This document shows positions 47,138 through 55,023 of a DNA stretch of 64,000 nt, in pieces. The DNA is taken from IMG/VR virus record IMGVR_UViG_3300044641_009805, positions 1-64,000 of that record; one strand, written 5' to 3'. The position numbers and the translations under genes were made by a program. The notes below the pieces were generated by a model. It worked only from the letters and a program-made list of their open reading frames with translations, did no database searches and had not been told where the DNA came from. How positions within the stretch are numbered: the first letter of the stretch is position 1; every line of letters starts with the position of its first letter.

Positions 47138-47821
47138 TCATCGCCAAGCGGCTCTATAACGAGTTCGCCAATAAGATAGACCTGCCTCTGTCAAGACTTT
47201 CTCTACCTCTTCTCTCGTCAGTATGCCGCCCTTCGTGGCTCTGGCGATCATAACTTCATGGTTATCATGCATCGTCTCCAAGACGCCCATCTCCCAACCT
47301 TCGGCTCCATAGGCATAATTGAGGAATTCTTCCGGACGTAAGACACAATCATCATTGGGCTCAGGCGTCGCAGGTTCAGAAACATTGTCTAACTTTTTCT
47401 TGTCACGATTACCCTTGGTCGACATATTACGCCAGGCTGAGACTGCAACATCAGTCATAGAATCGCGATCGGAGATCAAGAGACCAGAGGGGGACAAAGC
47501 ATAGGCAATACCATACATCAGCTTGCCAGGACCAGCAATGGAAGCAATCATCATCGCATCCCAACAAGGATCCTTCGGCTTCACCACCTGGACCCAACCG
47601 ACCATATACTCTTTCAACTTCGCCATCAGTTCAGGCGACCGGTCAACAACATCTCCAGGCAACTTACGCATCATGTTCTCAATGGGTACAGGATGATACA
47701 CGACCACTTTGGCCCCACCATCATTTTCAGTCAACATCGCCGCGAGCTCATCTGTGTTGAGTTGTGCCGCCTCAGCCGCCTCACGAATAATCCTGCGTAA
47801 TTCCCCTAACCGTATCTTCAT
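47138..47821 (-). CDS. LRxxIRE-leader protein, GNAT-like paralog 4
   Basis: MKIRLGELRRIIREAAE; MVGWV..CWDAM..GPGKLMY..SDR..DDC..EFLNYAY. Confidence 0.65.
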   Translation of the reverse strand: MKIRLGELRRIIREAAEAAQLNTDELAAMLTENDGGAKVVVYHPVPIENMMRKLPGDVVDRSPELMAKLKEYMVGWVQVVKPKDPCWDAMMIASIAGPGKLMYGIAYALSPSGLLISDRDSMTDVAVSAWRNMSTKGNRDKKKLDNVSEPATPEPNDDCVLRPEEFLNYAYGAEGWEMGVLETMHDNHEVMIARATKGGILTREEVEKVLTEAGLSYWRTRYRAAWR

Positions 47822-47924
47822 GTCATTTATCCCGAATATTCGTGTATAACTATGCGGCTCGCGTGGGATGACAAATCTAGAAATGCACGATACCTATAAA
47901 CGAACCAACAAGGAAACACCGCCC

Positions 47925-48278
47925 ATGAAACTAACCGTCAACCAACTAAGATCAATCATCAGAGAAGAAGTCCAGAAGGCGACACATCGTCGTCACCTCA
48001 CCGAAACGGTCCTCGACGTCTCACCCTCTGCCATCCCCGATATAGCAATGAACATCGCCTCAATGGCAGGCACAGGAACGCCCAATGACTTCAGGGGCGT
48101 GGCAAGAGCCATCGTCGGCATGAAAACAGCCTACGGCTACAGGTACACCACAAGCCCAATCAACCCCACCATGGAACTGGAACGCCTCCTCGACATGGCT
48201 GCCTTTGACGCAAACCTCACCCTCACATCATCAGCCACCAACCTCGCCCGCGACCTCGCCAACATGTACAACCTCTAA
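47925..48278 (+). CDS. LRxxIRE-leader protein
   Basis: MKLTVNQLRSIIREEVQK..LTE. Confidence 0.65.
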   Translation: MKLTVNQLRSIIREEVQKATHRRHLTETVLDVSPSAIPDIAMNIASMAGTGTPNDFRGVARAIVGMKTAYGYRYTTSPINPTMELERLLDMAAFDANLTLTSSATNLARDLANMYNL

Positions 48279-48376
48279 ACCCCCGCACCCACCCGGGCGG
48301 AGACAAATTCCAGAACTCCTCCATCCTCCATAATACATATAGACGATCCCGCGGCGGGAGAAAGACAAACACCCAC

Positions 48377-48643
48377 ATGAAACTCACAACAACACAGCTA
48401 AGAAAACTCATCGCAGAAGAAGTGAAAGCTGCTCGGGGCAAGAACAACCCCACAAGAATCACAGAAGCACTCAGCCCAGAAGAAGTGGACATGGCAAAAA
48501 ACCGCATCCTCAGATCCCTAGGCGAGGCACGGATGGAACTGGCAGAACTCTTCGAAATGACCGACGACTCCAACGCCATGTCGGCCGCAAACGACCTCGA
48601 CGACCTCATCACACTCGTAACAAACATCACAGGCACACCCTAA
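48377..48643 (+). CDS. LRxxIRE-leader helical protein
   Basis: MKLTTTQLRKLIAEEVK..ITE. Confidence 0.65.
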   Translation: MKLTTTQLRKLIAEEVKAARGKNNPTRITEALSPEEVDMAKNRILRSLGEARMELAELFEMTDDSNAMSAANDLDDLITLVTNITGTP

Positions 48644-48670
48644 CACACCCCCACAAGAAACTGAACACCC

Positions 48671-48919
48671 ATGAAACTCACAGCAACACAACTAAGATCA
48701 ATCATCAGAGAAGAAGTACAGAAGGTAAGATCCCGTCGGGGTCTCAACGAAGACTCCGCAACAGACACAGAAATAGAATTCACCAAAGAAGAACTGATGC
48801 GATCCCTATCCTCCGCCTCGGCAGAACTATCCAACCTGGCAGAACTAACAGGCAACCAAGCCTACAGCGACGCCGGTACACAAATCGCATCCATAATGGA
48901 ACTCGTGGATAACCTCTGA
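48671..48919 (+). CDS. LRxxIRE-leader helical protein, paralog of 48377
   Basis: MKLTATQLRSIIREEVQK..LNE; shared RSL..A..EL. Confidence 0.65.
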   Translation: MKLTATQLRSIIREEVQKVRSRRGLNEDSATDTEIEFTKEELMRSLSSASAELSNLAELTGNQAYSDAGTQIASIMELVDNL

Positions 48920-49377
48920 CCCACCCCCCATCAGAACAAAACCCCGGTAGCGGATCCTCACATCCCTCCGGGGTCTTCCCATTTAACCACCACAACACCA
49001 CCCCCACGCTGCCCTCTCCTACCACGCTCCACCACTTCTTACCACTCACCTCCACTTTCCACCACAAATGCCACCCCACGAGCGAGGACAAGTGGACACA
49101 ATCTCGAGCTATACTGGTGACTCAGGAGGGCATCTTTTCTGCAAATGTGCCCTGGTGTGTGCGGGATGTGCAGGAGTGGCTAGTGAACTCCTTACGCCTC
49201 ATCCTGGACGAATTTGCTGCCGTCAGCGGAAGTGCCCCCACGAGCGCCCACGACCCTTTCGGTCTGCTTGCTCCGGTGGTGGACAGTTGCTCTGCGTGGG
49301 GACCGCCGCTCCTGATGCTCGTGGGTGGGGGTAGCTCGTGTGGTCATGGGTGGCAAGTGCCCTCATGCATCGTGGTG

Positions 49378-49599
49378 TCAGGTTCGGTCTGCTTTTCGTG
49401 CTAGTCGACATGAGCCCTTGTGGATCCAGGCGGTCTTTCCTGAGGGGAGGATGATGTTGAGGTAGAAGCCGTGGATGGAGACGACGAGGGCGGTGAGGTG
49501 GTCTTCCGTGGTGAGGGCAGCAGGAGAGGAGTAGGCCGCTGGGTATAGGGAGGCGTGGGGTGATATGGTGACGAGGTCGCCGAGGCCTACTTCGGTCAT
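49378..49599 (-). CDS. small SH3-like hypothetical protein
   Basis: GLGDLVTI..ILPSGKTAWI. Confidence 0.6.
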   Translation of the reverse strand: MTEVGLGDLVTISPHASLYPAAYSSPAALTTEDHLTALVVSIHGFYLNIILPSGKTAWIHKGSCRLARKADRT

Positions 49600-49609
49600 G
49601 TGAGTGCAA

Positions 49610-49809
49610 CTAGTTGCAAGGTGGGGTCAGTTCGTCGAGGTGGATGAGGTCGATGGCCGATTCCCATCGGGGTCCTGTGGGGAAGAGGACCTCCACGTCG
49701 GCGATGGGGTGGGTGGTGACCAGTTGGATGACGATTCCCGTGTCGAGGGGTTTGTTGTGCCAGTCGATCTTGACGACTTGGGAGCCTGGGAGAAGTCTCG
49801 TATCTTCAT
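49610..49809 (-). pseudogene. SH3-like gene with apparent 1-nt frameshift near its start
   Basis: ATG (MKIRD) lies in a different frame from LLPGSQVV..GIVIQL..VEVLFP. Confidence 0.4.
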
Positions 49810-50006
49810 GTCTCCCCGCTCGAGTGGACTGTGAAGGTGGGTGCCCATTCCCAGAAGGTGTCCCCGTGTGGGGAGAGGACGTGGACCATCGTGTCTGATC
49901 CATTGGGTGATTCCACCTTGATGACCGGGTAGACCGCCGATCGATCTCGTTCATTCCAGGTCAGTACGCCGGGGCGGAAGGTGACCATGTCTCCCACGCG
50001 GATCAT
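49806..50006 (-). CDS. small SH3-like hypothetical protein
   Basis: MIRVGDMVTF; ATGA overlap with the vWA gene stop. Confidence 0.6.
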   Translation of the reverse strand: MIRVGDMVTFRPGVLTWNERDRSAVYPVIKVESPNGSDTMVHVLSPHGDTFWEWAPTFTVHSSGET

Positions 50007-51310
50007 CGCCAGGCTCCGGACTTGGGGGTCGTGGGATCTAGGGAGATGGTGATCTCGTTGGTGGGGAATTCCAGCTTGTGGCCGGGGGAGATGACCCAGC
50101 CGCGCTTGACTCGGGAGGGGCCGGGGGCAGAGCACTCACCGTCGGTCATGATGAGCATGCCGTCCCACTTGCCCCGGTTCTTCGGGTCGTTGACGATCTT
50201 GGTGGGGGCGTTGAAGTCAGTACCTCCGCCTCGGACCCGCTTGGCGTCCACGTTGCTTCCCTTCTTCCATTCGAAGGCATCGCGGAGGTCTGCTGCGCAG
50301 TCGAAGGGGAGGATGGTGACCGTGACCTTCTTCGTGAGGGTGGCGAGTTCGTTGAAGAAGAGGGCGAGCTGGCGGTCATCCACGCTTCCGGATTGGTCGA
50401 TGGCGATGAGGAGCTTGGCGACGTAGCCACGCTTGACGCCGGGGTGGATGTAGGGGTAGCGCTTGTTGATACGCTTGATGGTGGTGGTGCGTTCACCGCG
50501 GGCGATGTTACCGATGAATTGGCGGAGAACGTTGCGCCAGTCGACGAGCTTGCTGACCGAGCGGCGGATCTCTTCGCGGAGTTCGGAGGGGATGTTGCCC
50601 CATCCGTTCGCCTGGGAGTCGGCGTGCTTCGTGGCCTTCTCCACCATGCCGTTGACCTTAGAGGCGACCATCTCCTTCTGTTCATCGGTCAGCTCGTCCC
50701 AGGCCGAGTGGTCATCGAAGGAGTCGAGGCCGCCGAAGGGGTCACCGTCGGGGTGAGGGGTGCCCTTGGCGTTGTCACCCTTCTTGCGTTCCTCCTCAAC
50801 CTTGTCCTTGAGCTTCTCGAAGTACCACTCCGAGGATTGCCCCTTGGGGAAGTCAGCGATGAGTTGGGCGATGGGCATGGCGGCTTTCTCCTCCGCCGTC
50901 CACTCGCGACCTTCGGGACCGGCAGGGAAGACGCCTGGCATGAGGCAACCGGCCGGCAGTGTCATGTTCGAGTGGCCGGAGATGATCGAGTTGATGGCGA
51001 GGTCCGTCGCCACGTTCCACATCTTCGCCGGCTTCTTGCGGCGGGTCGTGAGGTGGCAGAAGATGAGGTGGTAGAACTCGTGGGTGAGGACGCCACGGAT
51101 CTCCTGGTCGCTCATCGGCCGGAAGAACTCAGGGTTCCAGTACAGGGTGATGTCGTCGAACTCCGGGTCGAAGGCCACCGCCGCCGTGGGCATGTCGAGG
51201 GTGGGCGTCTTCCGGATGTGCCGGCTCAGTTCCGCAAAGAACGGCGTGTCCTGGAGGAACGAGATGAGGTGCCGGTCCAGGTTGAAGTCTGTGTCCGTGT
51301 GGCTGAACAT
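50003..51310 (-). CDS. HExxH metallopeptidase-like + vWA domain protein (DUF2201-type)
   Basis: LTHEFYH, WNVATDLAIN, DDHSAW, IDQSGSV, GGGTDF, MTDG. Confidence 0.85.
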   Translation of the reverse strand: MFSHTDTDFNLDRHLISFLQDTPFFAELSRHIRKTPTLDMPTAAVAFDPEFDDITLYWNPEFFRPMSDQEIRGVLTHEFYHLIFCHLTTRRKKPAKMWNVATDLAINSIISGHSNMTLPAGCLMPGVFPAGPEGREWTAEEKAAMPIAQLIADFPKGQSSEWYFEKLKDKVEEERKKGDNAKGTPHPDGDPFGGLDSFDDHSAWDELTDEQKEMVASKVNGMVEKATKHADSQANGWGNIPSELREEIRRSVSKLVDWRNVLRQFIGNIARGERTTTIKRINKRYPYIHPGVKRGYVAKLLIAIDQSGSVDDRQLALFFNELATLTKKVTVTILPFDCAADLRDAFEWKKGSNVDAKRVRGGGTDFNAPTKIVNDPKNRGKWDGMLIMTDGECSAPGPSRVKRGWVISPGHKLEFPTNEITISLDPTTPKSGAWR

Positions 51311-51387
51311 AGATACATCCTATCACAGGTGGTGTATACTTTGCACCGGTCCCGAAAAAAAATCTCAAGAGAAAGATAGTTATATTG

Positions 51388-51567
51388 ATGAAGGGCCTCA
51401 GGTCATCCGAGTCGTGGAGGACGTTTCTTGCAGGATTCCTGTTGGGGTACCTGGCCGCCTGGGGGTTCCACTGGGCTACCACCTTCTACGCGTGGGGTAT
51501 ACCTACCCATCATCACATTCCAGGTCTCACCCCCGAGCCTCCTGCCGCGGAGGGCCATGGACGATAA
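51388..51567 (+). CDS. small membrane protein
   Basis: FLAGFLLGYLAAWGF TM helix. Confidence 0.45.
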   Translation: MKGLRSSESWRTFLAGFLLGYLAAWGFHWATTFYAWGIPTHHHIPGLTPEPPAAEGHGR

Positions 51568-51817
51568 ATCCTGCAAGAAGTGTGCGGAACGGGAGGAGGC
51601 GTGGGACATGCTCTTCCAGGTGAAGGATATGTTGGCATCCGTAGACACCATGATCTATCAGGCCACCGAGGCAGGATTGGACCAGGGTCGCATCGTAGGA
51701 CTCCTTGAGGCCGCCACGGCCCTGGAAAAAGCCGGATATGGGGAACTGGCTGACATTATTCGCAAGTTAATCCAGGAGGACGTGATGATCCTCGGGAAGC
51801 ACGACGGAGAAGCCTAG
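51557..51817 (+). CDS. hypothetical protein
   Basis: MDDKSCKKC after GGAGG RBS. Confidence 0.55.
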   Translation: MDDKSCKKCAEREEAWDMLFQVKDMLASVDTMIYQATEAGLDQGRIVGLLEAATALEKAGYGELADIIRKLIQEDVMILGKHDGEA

Positions 51818-52014
51818 AGTCCCGACAGGTTCTCGAACGTTTCCGAGACCCGTCCCATCATGGACACCGCGTCGACGAGGCTCATGATCCGGCTTTCTTC
51901 TCCGACCTTCACGTGGATTCGTCCGTGATTCGAGACGGAGAAGACGAGATCGCCCAGTTCGTAGGCGGTGGTCCAACGTTCGAGACGGGAGGCTAGATCG
52001 ATGACTTTGAACAT
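51814..52014 (-). CDS. hypothetical protein
   Basis: Preceded by a 36-nt leaderless promoter (52015-52050). Confidence 0.6.
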   Translation of the reverse strand: MFKVIDLASRLERWTTAYELGDLVFSVSNHGRIHVKVGEESRIMSLVDAVSMMGRVSETFENLSGL

Positions 52015-52059
52015 GGTGTCAGGGTATCATGTCCTGTCAGGACATTGCACCGAGATTTG

Positions 52060-52146
52060 CGGAGAAGGAGAGATTCGAACTCCCGGTGGGCTTTCACCCA
52101 CGACGGTTTTCTAAACCGTTGCCATCGACCACTCGGCCACTTCTCC
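52060..52146 (-). tRNA. tRNA-Ser(AGA)
   Basis: Stem ACGGT/ACCGT, loop TT-AGA-AA, long variable arm, G73. Confidence 0.85.
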
Positions 52147-52147
52147 A

Positions 52148-52223
52148 TGGAGCCTTCTGTCAGAATCGAACTGACGACAGGCAGTTTACAAAACTGCTAC
52201 TCTACCAACTGAGTTAAGAAGGC
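52148..52223 (-). tRNA. tRNA-Thr(TGT)
   Basis: Cloverleaf with CCA. Confidence 0.9.
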
Positions 52224-52224
52224 T

Positions 52225-52298
52225 TGGTGGACCCGGTGAGAATCGAACTCACAAGTGCGCCGTGCAAAGGCGCCAGTTTCCCATTAGCTTACAGGCCC
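52225..52298 (-). tRNA. tRNA-Ala(TGC)
   Basis: G3.U70, CCA. Confidence 0.9.
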
Positions 52299-52332
52299 GA
52301 CTTTTCTATATATTCATTCACATAAGTTTTTG

Positions 52333-52419
52333 CGGAAAGAGAAGGATTCGAACCTTCGGTAAGTTTTCACCTACGTGTGCTTAGCAAGCACATGCCTTAG
52401 GCCACTCGGCCATCTTTCC
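52333..52419 (-). tRNA. tRNA-Ser(GCT)
   Basis: Long variable arm, loop TT-GCT-AA. Confidence 0.9.
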
Positions 52420-52424
52420 ATTCG

Positions 52425-52498
52425 TGGAACGTGGTGGATTCGAACCACCGACCTTCTCCTTATCAGAGAGACTATCTAACCAACTGATATAACGTTCC
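52425..52498 (-). tRNA. tRNA-Ile(GAT)
   Basis: Loop CT-GAT-AA. Confidence 0.9.
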
Positions 52499-52503
52499 TC
52501 TAG

Positions 52504-52585
52504 TGGGGCATGATGGACTCGAACCACCGAAGTCTTTGACAGCTGATTTACAGTCAGCCCCCTTTGCCGCTCGGGACAATACCCC
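52504..52585 (-). tRNA. tRNA-Tyr(GTA)
   Basis: Loop CT-GTA-AA, variable arm. Confidence 0.9.
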
Positions 52586-52588
52586 ATG

Positions 52589-52663
52589 TGGAGCGGAGGA
52601 CGGGACTCGAACCCGCAACAATCAGTTTGGAAAACTGGGACTCTACCATTGAGTTACCTCCGC
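52589..52663 (-). tRNA. tRNA-Gly(TCC)
   Basis: Loop TT-TCC-AA, U73, CCA. Confidence 0.9.
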
Positions 52664-52703
52664 AAGCTTTTCTACTATACAACCTTTACGTGATTTGTAT
52701 CGG

Positions 52704-52778
52704 TGGCTGGGGAACAGGGACTCGAACCCCAATTCGCGGATTCAAAGTCCGCTGTCCTAACCATTGAACGATTCCCCA
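52704..52778 (-). tRNA. tRNA-Gln(TTG)
   Basis: Loop CT-TTG-AA, CCA. Confidence 0.9.
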
Positions 52779-52779
52779 G

Positions 52780-52856
52780 TGGCGTCCTTGAGAGGGCTCG
52801 AACCTCTGACCCGTTGCTTAGAAGGCAACTGCTCTATCCAACTGAGCTACAAGGAC
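52780..52856 (-). tRNA. tRNA-Arg(TCT)
   Basis: Loop CT-TCT-AA, CCA. Confidence 0.9.
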
Positions 52857-52859
52857 ATG

Positions 52860-52933
52860 GGCTCCGGGGGTTGGGATCGAACCAACGACCGGGCGGTTAA
52901 CAGCCGCCAGCTCTGCCGCTGAGCTACCCCGGA
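52860..52933 (-). tRNA. tRNA-Asn(GTT)
   Basis: Loop CT-GTT-AA. Confidence 0.9.
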
Positions 52934-52976
52934 AAAACCTCCACCCCGACCTGCAGGGTGGAGGCAGTCACAGCAA

Positions 52977-53234
52977 TCAGCGACGACGCGTTGGGCGCTC
53001 TACTGGTCGAACCTCTGCAAAGTAGGCTGAGTAACCGTCTGGGCGACGATAGTTGATGTTCGACGCGCATGACTGCGCCTCCTCGCGGGTGTCGAATGTC
53101 GTGGCCTCATCGAACGTACCCCAGACGCCTTGAACTCGACCGCTGTACGTTGGCCGGGTAAGGAAGCGGCGGCTGTTGGCCTCACGAACGACGTATGCTG
53201 TGATTGTGCTGTTGTTCTTGTTTGTCATGATCAT
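52977..53234 (-). CDS. hypothetical protein
   Basis: ORF with WG..DEA..F.TREEA motif. Confidence 0.6.
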   Translation of the reverse strand: MIMTNKNNSTITAYVVREANSRRFLTRPTYSGRVQGVWGTFDEATTFDTREEAQSCASNINYRRPDGYSAYFAEVRPVERPTRRR

Positions 53235-53427
53235 ATGGTATTCTTTCTTTTTTTGTTTTACAAGCGGGTCATGCGATTAGTTGCATGACGAAATTTTTTG
53301 GAGGATGGTTACTGTCCCGATGTGTGGCCCGGGAGGTCACCTGCTTATAATAGGAGCTTTCCTCGCGACGCCGGGGTCCACAGCTGCAAGATATATCTAA
53401 GTCTCCAGTATTCGTCGTTCGTGGAGA

Positions 53428-53503
53428 TGGTGGGTCCGGTGGGGTACGATCCCACAACTTATCGCTTAAAAGGCGACTACTCTACCAATTGAGTTACGGA
53501 CCC
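53428..53503 (-). tRNA. tRNA-Lys(TTT)
   Basis: Loop CT-TTT-AA, CCA; atypical T-loop. Confidence 0.85.
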
Positions 53504-53513
53504 GTAACAACAA

Positions 53514-53723
53514 TCAATCTTCTGACCAAGAGATGACTTCGGTCAGAGAATTGAGAACCTCTTTTTCAATTTCTGATTTGATCGTATCGCTGCTCGGCGA
53601 TTCGGCGTACTTGAATGCTCGATTCCAACCGCGATGGATTCCATCCTCCACCGCACGAGAGATAATCACGTATGTGTTGATCTTCAGTTCTGCACGGGGG
53701 TGAAGTCGTCTTGTGAGCTTCAT
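53514..53723 (-). CDS. hypothetical protein
   Basis: MKLTRR..AVEDGI..GWNRAFKY. Confidence 0.55.
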   Translation of the reverse strand: MKLTRRLHPRAELKINTYVIISRAVEDGIHRGWNRAFKYAESPSSDTIKSEIEKEVLNSLTEVISWSED

Positions 53724-53730
53724 TGTTGTG

Positions 53731-53806
53731 TGGTGCCTACCGTGGGATTCGAACCCACCCTGTATCGATTTTGAGTCGACTGCCTCTGCCACTGGGCTAC
53801 GTAGGC
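53731..53806 (-). tRNA. tRNA-Leu(CAA), short variable arm
   Basis: Loop CT-CAA-AA, A73, CCA. Confidence 0.85.
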
Positions 53807-53849
53807 GTGTTGTTTGGATGTTCTTAATCTACCCCATCGGGGTATCTTT

Positions 53850-54338
53850 TTACACCGTCCGAATCATATTCGGATCATCAAGGAGATATTTGTTCTGTCC
53901 GACGAGGACTGTGCGGAATGCACGGTCAACAACATTACCTTCGACATGCGAAGAGCCTGCTGAACGCTTCATCTTGACGGTGGTCATGCCGAGGTACACT
54001 GCGAACGTTCCTTGAGGAAGTTGCTCACCGCCAGGGATGTTTGCATACGTCACCGGCCCCCGCATGGTCAGAATGGGCGTTCCTTCTGATTTCTTCAAGA
54101 CAGGAAGCGGGAAGCCAGGAGATGACACTACCTTGGCCGCTGTGGCGAAGGTAATGGGCGATCCTTGGTTGATCTCGTCCCACGCCACCCGAGCGGCATC
54201 ACTCATCGGAGGTTCAAGGTAGAACCATGGCTCATTGGTCACGCGAGTGATGCCGCTCGGGCGGGGGCGTCGAGGAGCCTTCTTGACCGCGGGTGTCGCA
54301 GACGGATTGGTCCACGTGATCTTCGGCCTGGGCTTCAT
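53850..54338 (-). CDS. hypothetical protein
   Basis: 36-nt leaderless promoter upstream. Confidence 0.6.
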   Translation of the reverse strand: MKPRPKITWTNPSATPAVKKAPRRPRPSGITRVTNEPWFYLEPPMSDAARVAWDEINQGSPITFATAAKVVSSPGFPLPVLKKSEGTPILTMRGPVTYANIPGGEQLPQGTFAVYLGMTTVKMKRSAGSSHVEGNVVDRAFRTVLVGQNKYLLDDPNMIRTV

Positions 54339-54377
54339 GGTCCAATGGTATCCTATTGGACTTTGACTTTACACTGG

Positions 54378-55001
54378 TCAATCTTTTTTCTTGGGTTTCA
54401 TGCCTTTAGACTTCATGTAGGCCGCGAGGATGACATCACGTTTTTTCTGGGGGGCAGAGGCCCATTGCCATAGGATGGAATTCTCGATATTTTTCAGGCG
54501 TCCTTCTAGGTCCCCTGCGACCTTCTCCAGTCTGGTCACCGCCGCCATGGATGCCTCAGGTAGGTCCATGCCTAGCTCTAGTGCGACGGCCACGATCTCG
54601 TCGATGGACCCGTCCGCCATGGCTGCTGCAGCCCTCCTGTAGAGTTCCGACTTGGCTACATCTCCACCGGTCTTGTCAGGGTGGGTGGCGACGGCGATCT
54701 TCTTCCAAAGAGCTTTTATTTCGTCTGGGATTTCTGGATCTTCACGCGTCGGAAGATCGGGTTCAGAGGTATGATCCCCTTCGGTCCGATCTTCGACGAC
54801 GGTCGTGGCAGGGCTGGGAGGCGCAGGCGAGGCGGGTTGTTCAGGAGGTTCTTCTGTGTCAGCTACTTTCGAAAGTTCTTCCATGAACTGTTTGGTGATG
54901 TCGTCCATCGTTTCTTCGTGGTCTTCGATTTCGAGGCGAAGATGTTCCACCTTCAACGTCAGGCTTTTCCACTTGCGTTTGCCGTTGCCCTTCATGGGCA
55001 T
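54378..55001 (-). CDS. J-domain (DnaJ-like) protein
   Basis: IKALWKKIAVATHPDKTGG. Confidence 0.75.
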   Translation of the reverse strand: MPMKGNGKRKWKSLTLKVEHLRLEIEDHEETMDDITKQFMEELSKVADTEEPPEQPASPAPPSPATTVVEDRTEGDHTSEPDLPTREDPEIPDEIKALWKKIAVATHPDKTGGDVAKSELYRRAAAAMADGSIDEIVAVALELGMDLPEASMAAVTRLEKVAGDLEGRLKNIENSILWQWASAPQKKRDVILAAYMKSKGMKPKKKD

Positions 55002-55023
55002 AAATATTCATGAAAGAATTATT

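Noticed and set aside
49610-49809. Programmed frameshift in the SH3-like gene
   Set aside because: No slippery heptamer is evident; a 1-nt deletion or sequencing error is simpler
52060-52146. Suppressor tRNA or stop-codon reassignment
   Set aside because: The 5-bp stem centres AGA, not CTA/TTA/TCA; conserved genes are intact in the standard code and all three stop codons are used
52029-52900. ORFs predicted across the tRNA cluster
   Set aside because: They overlap clear tRNA cloverleaves
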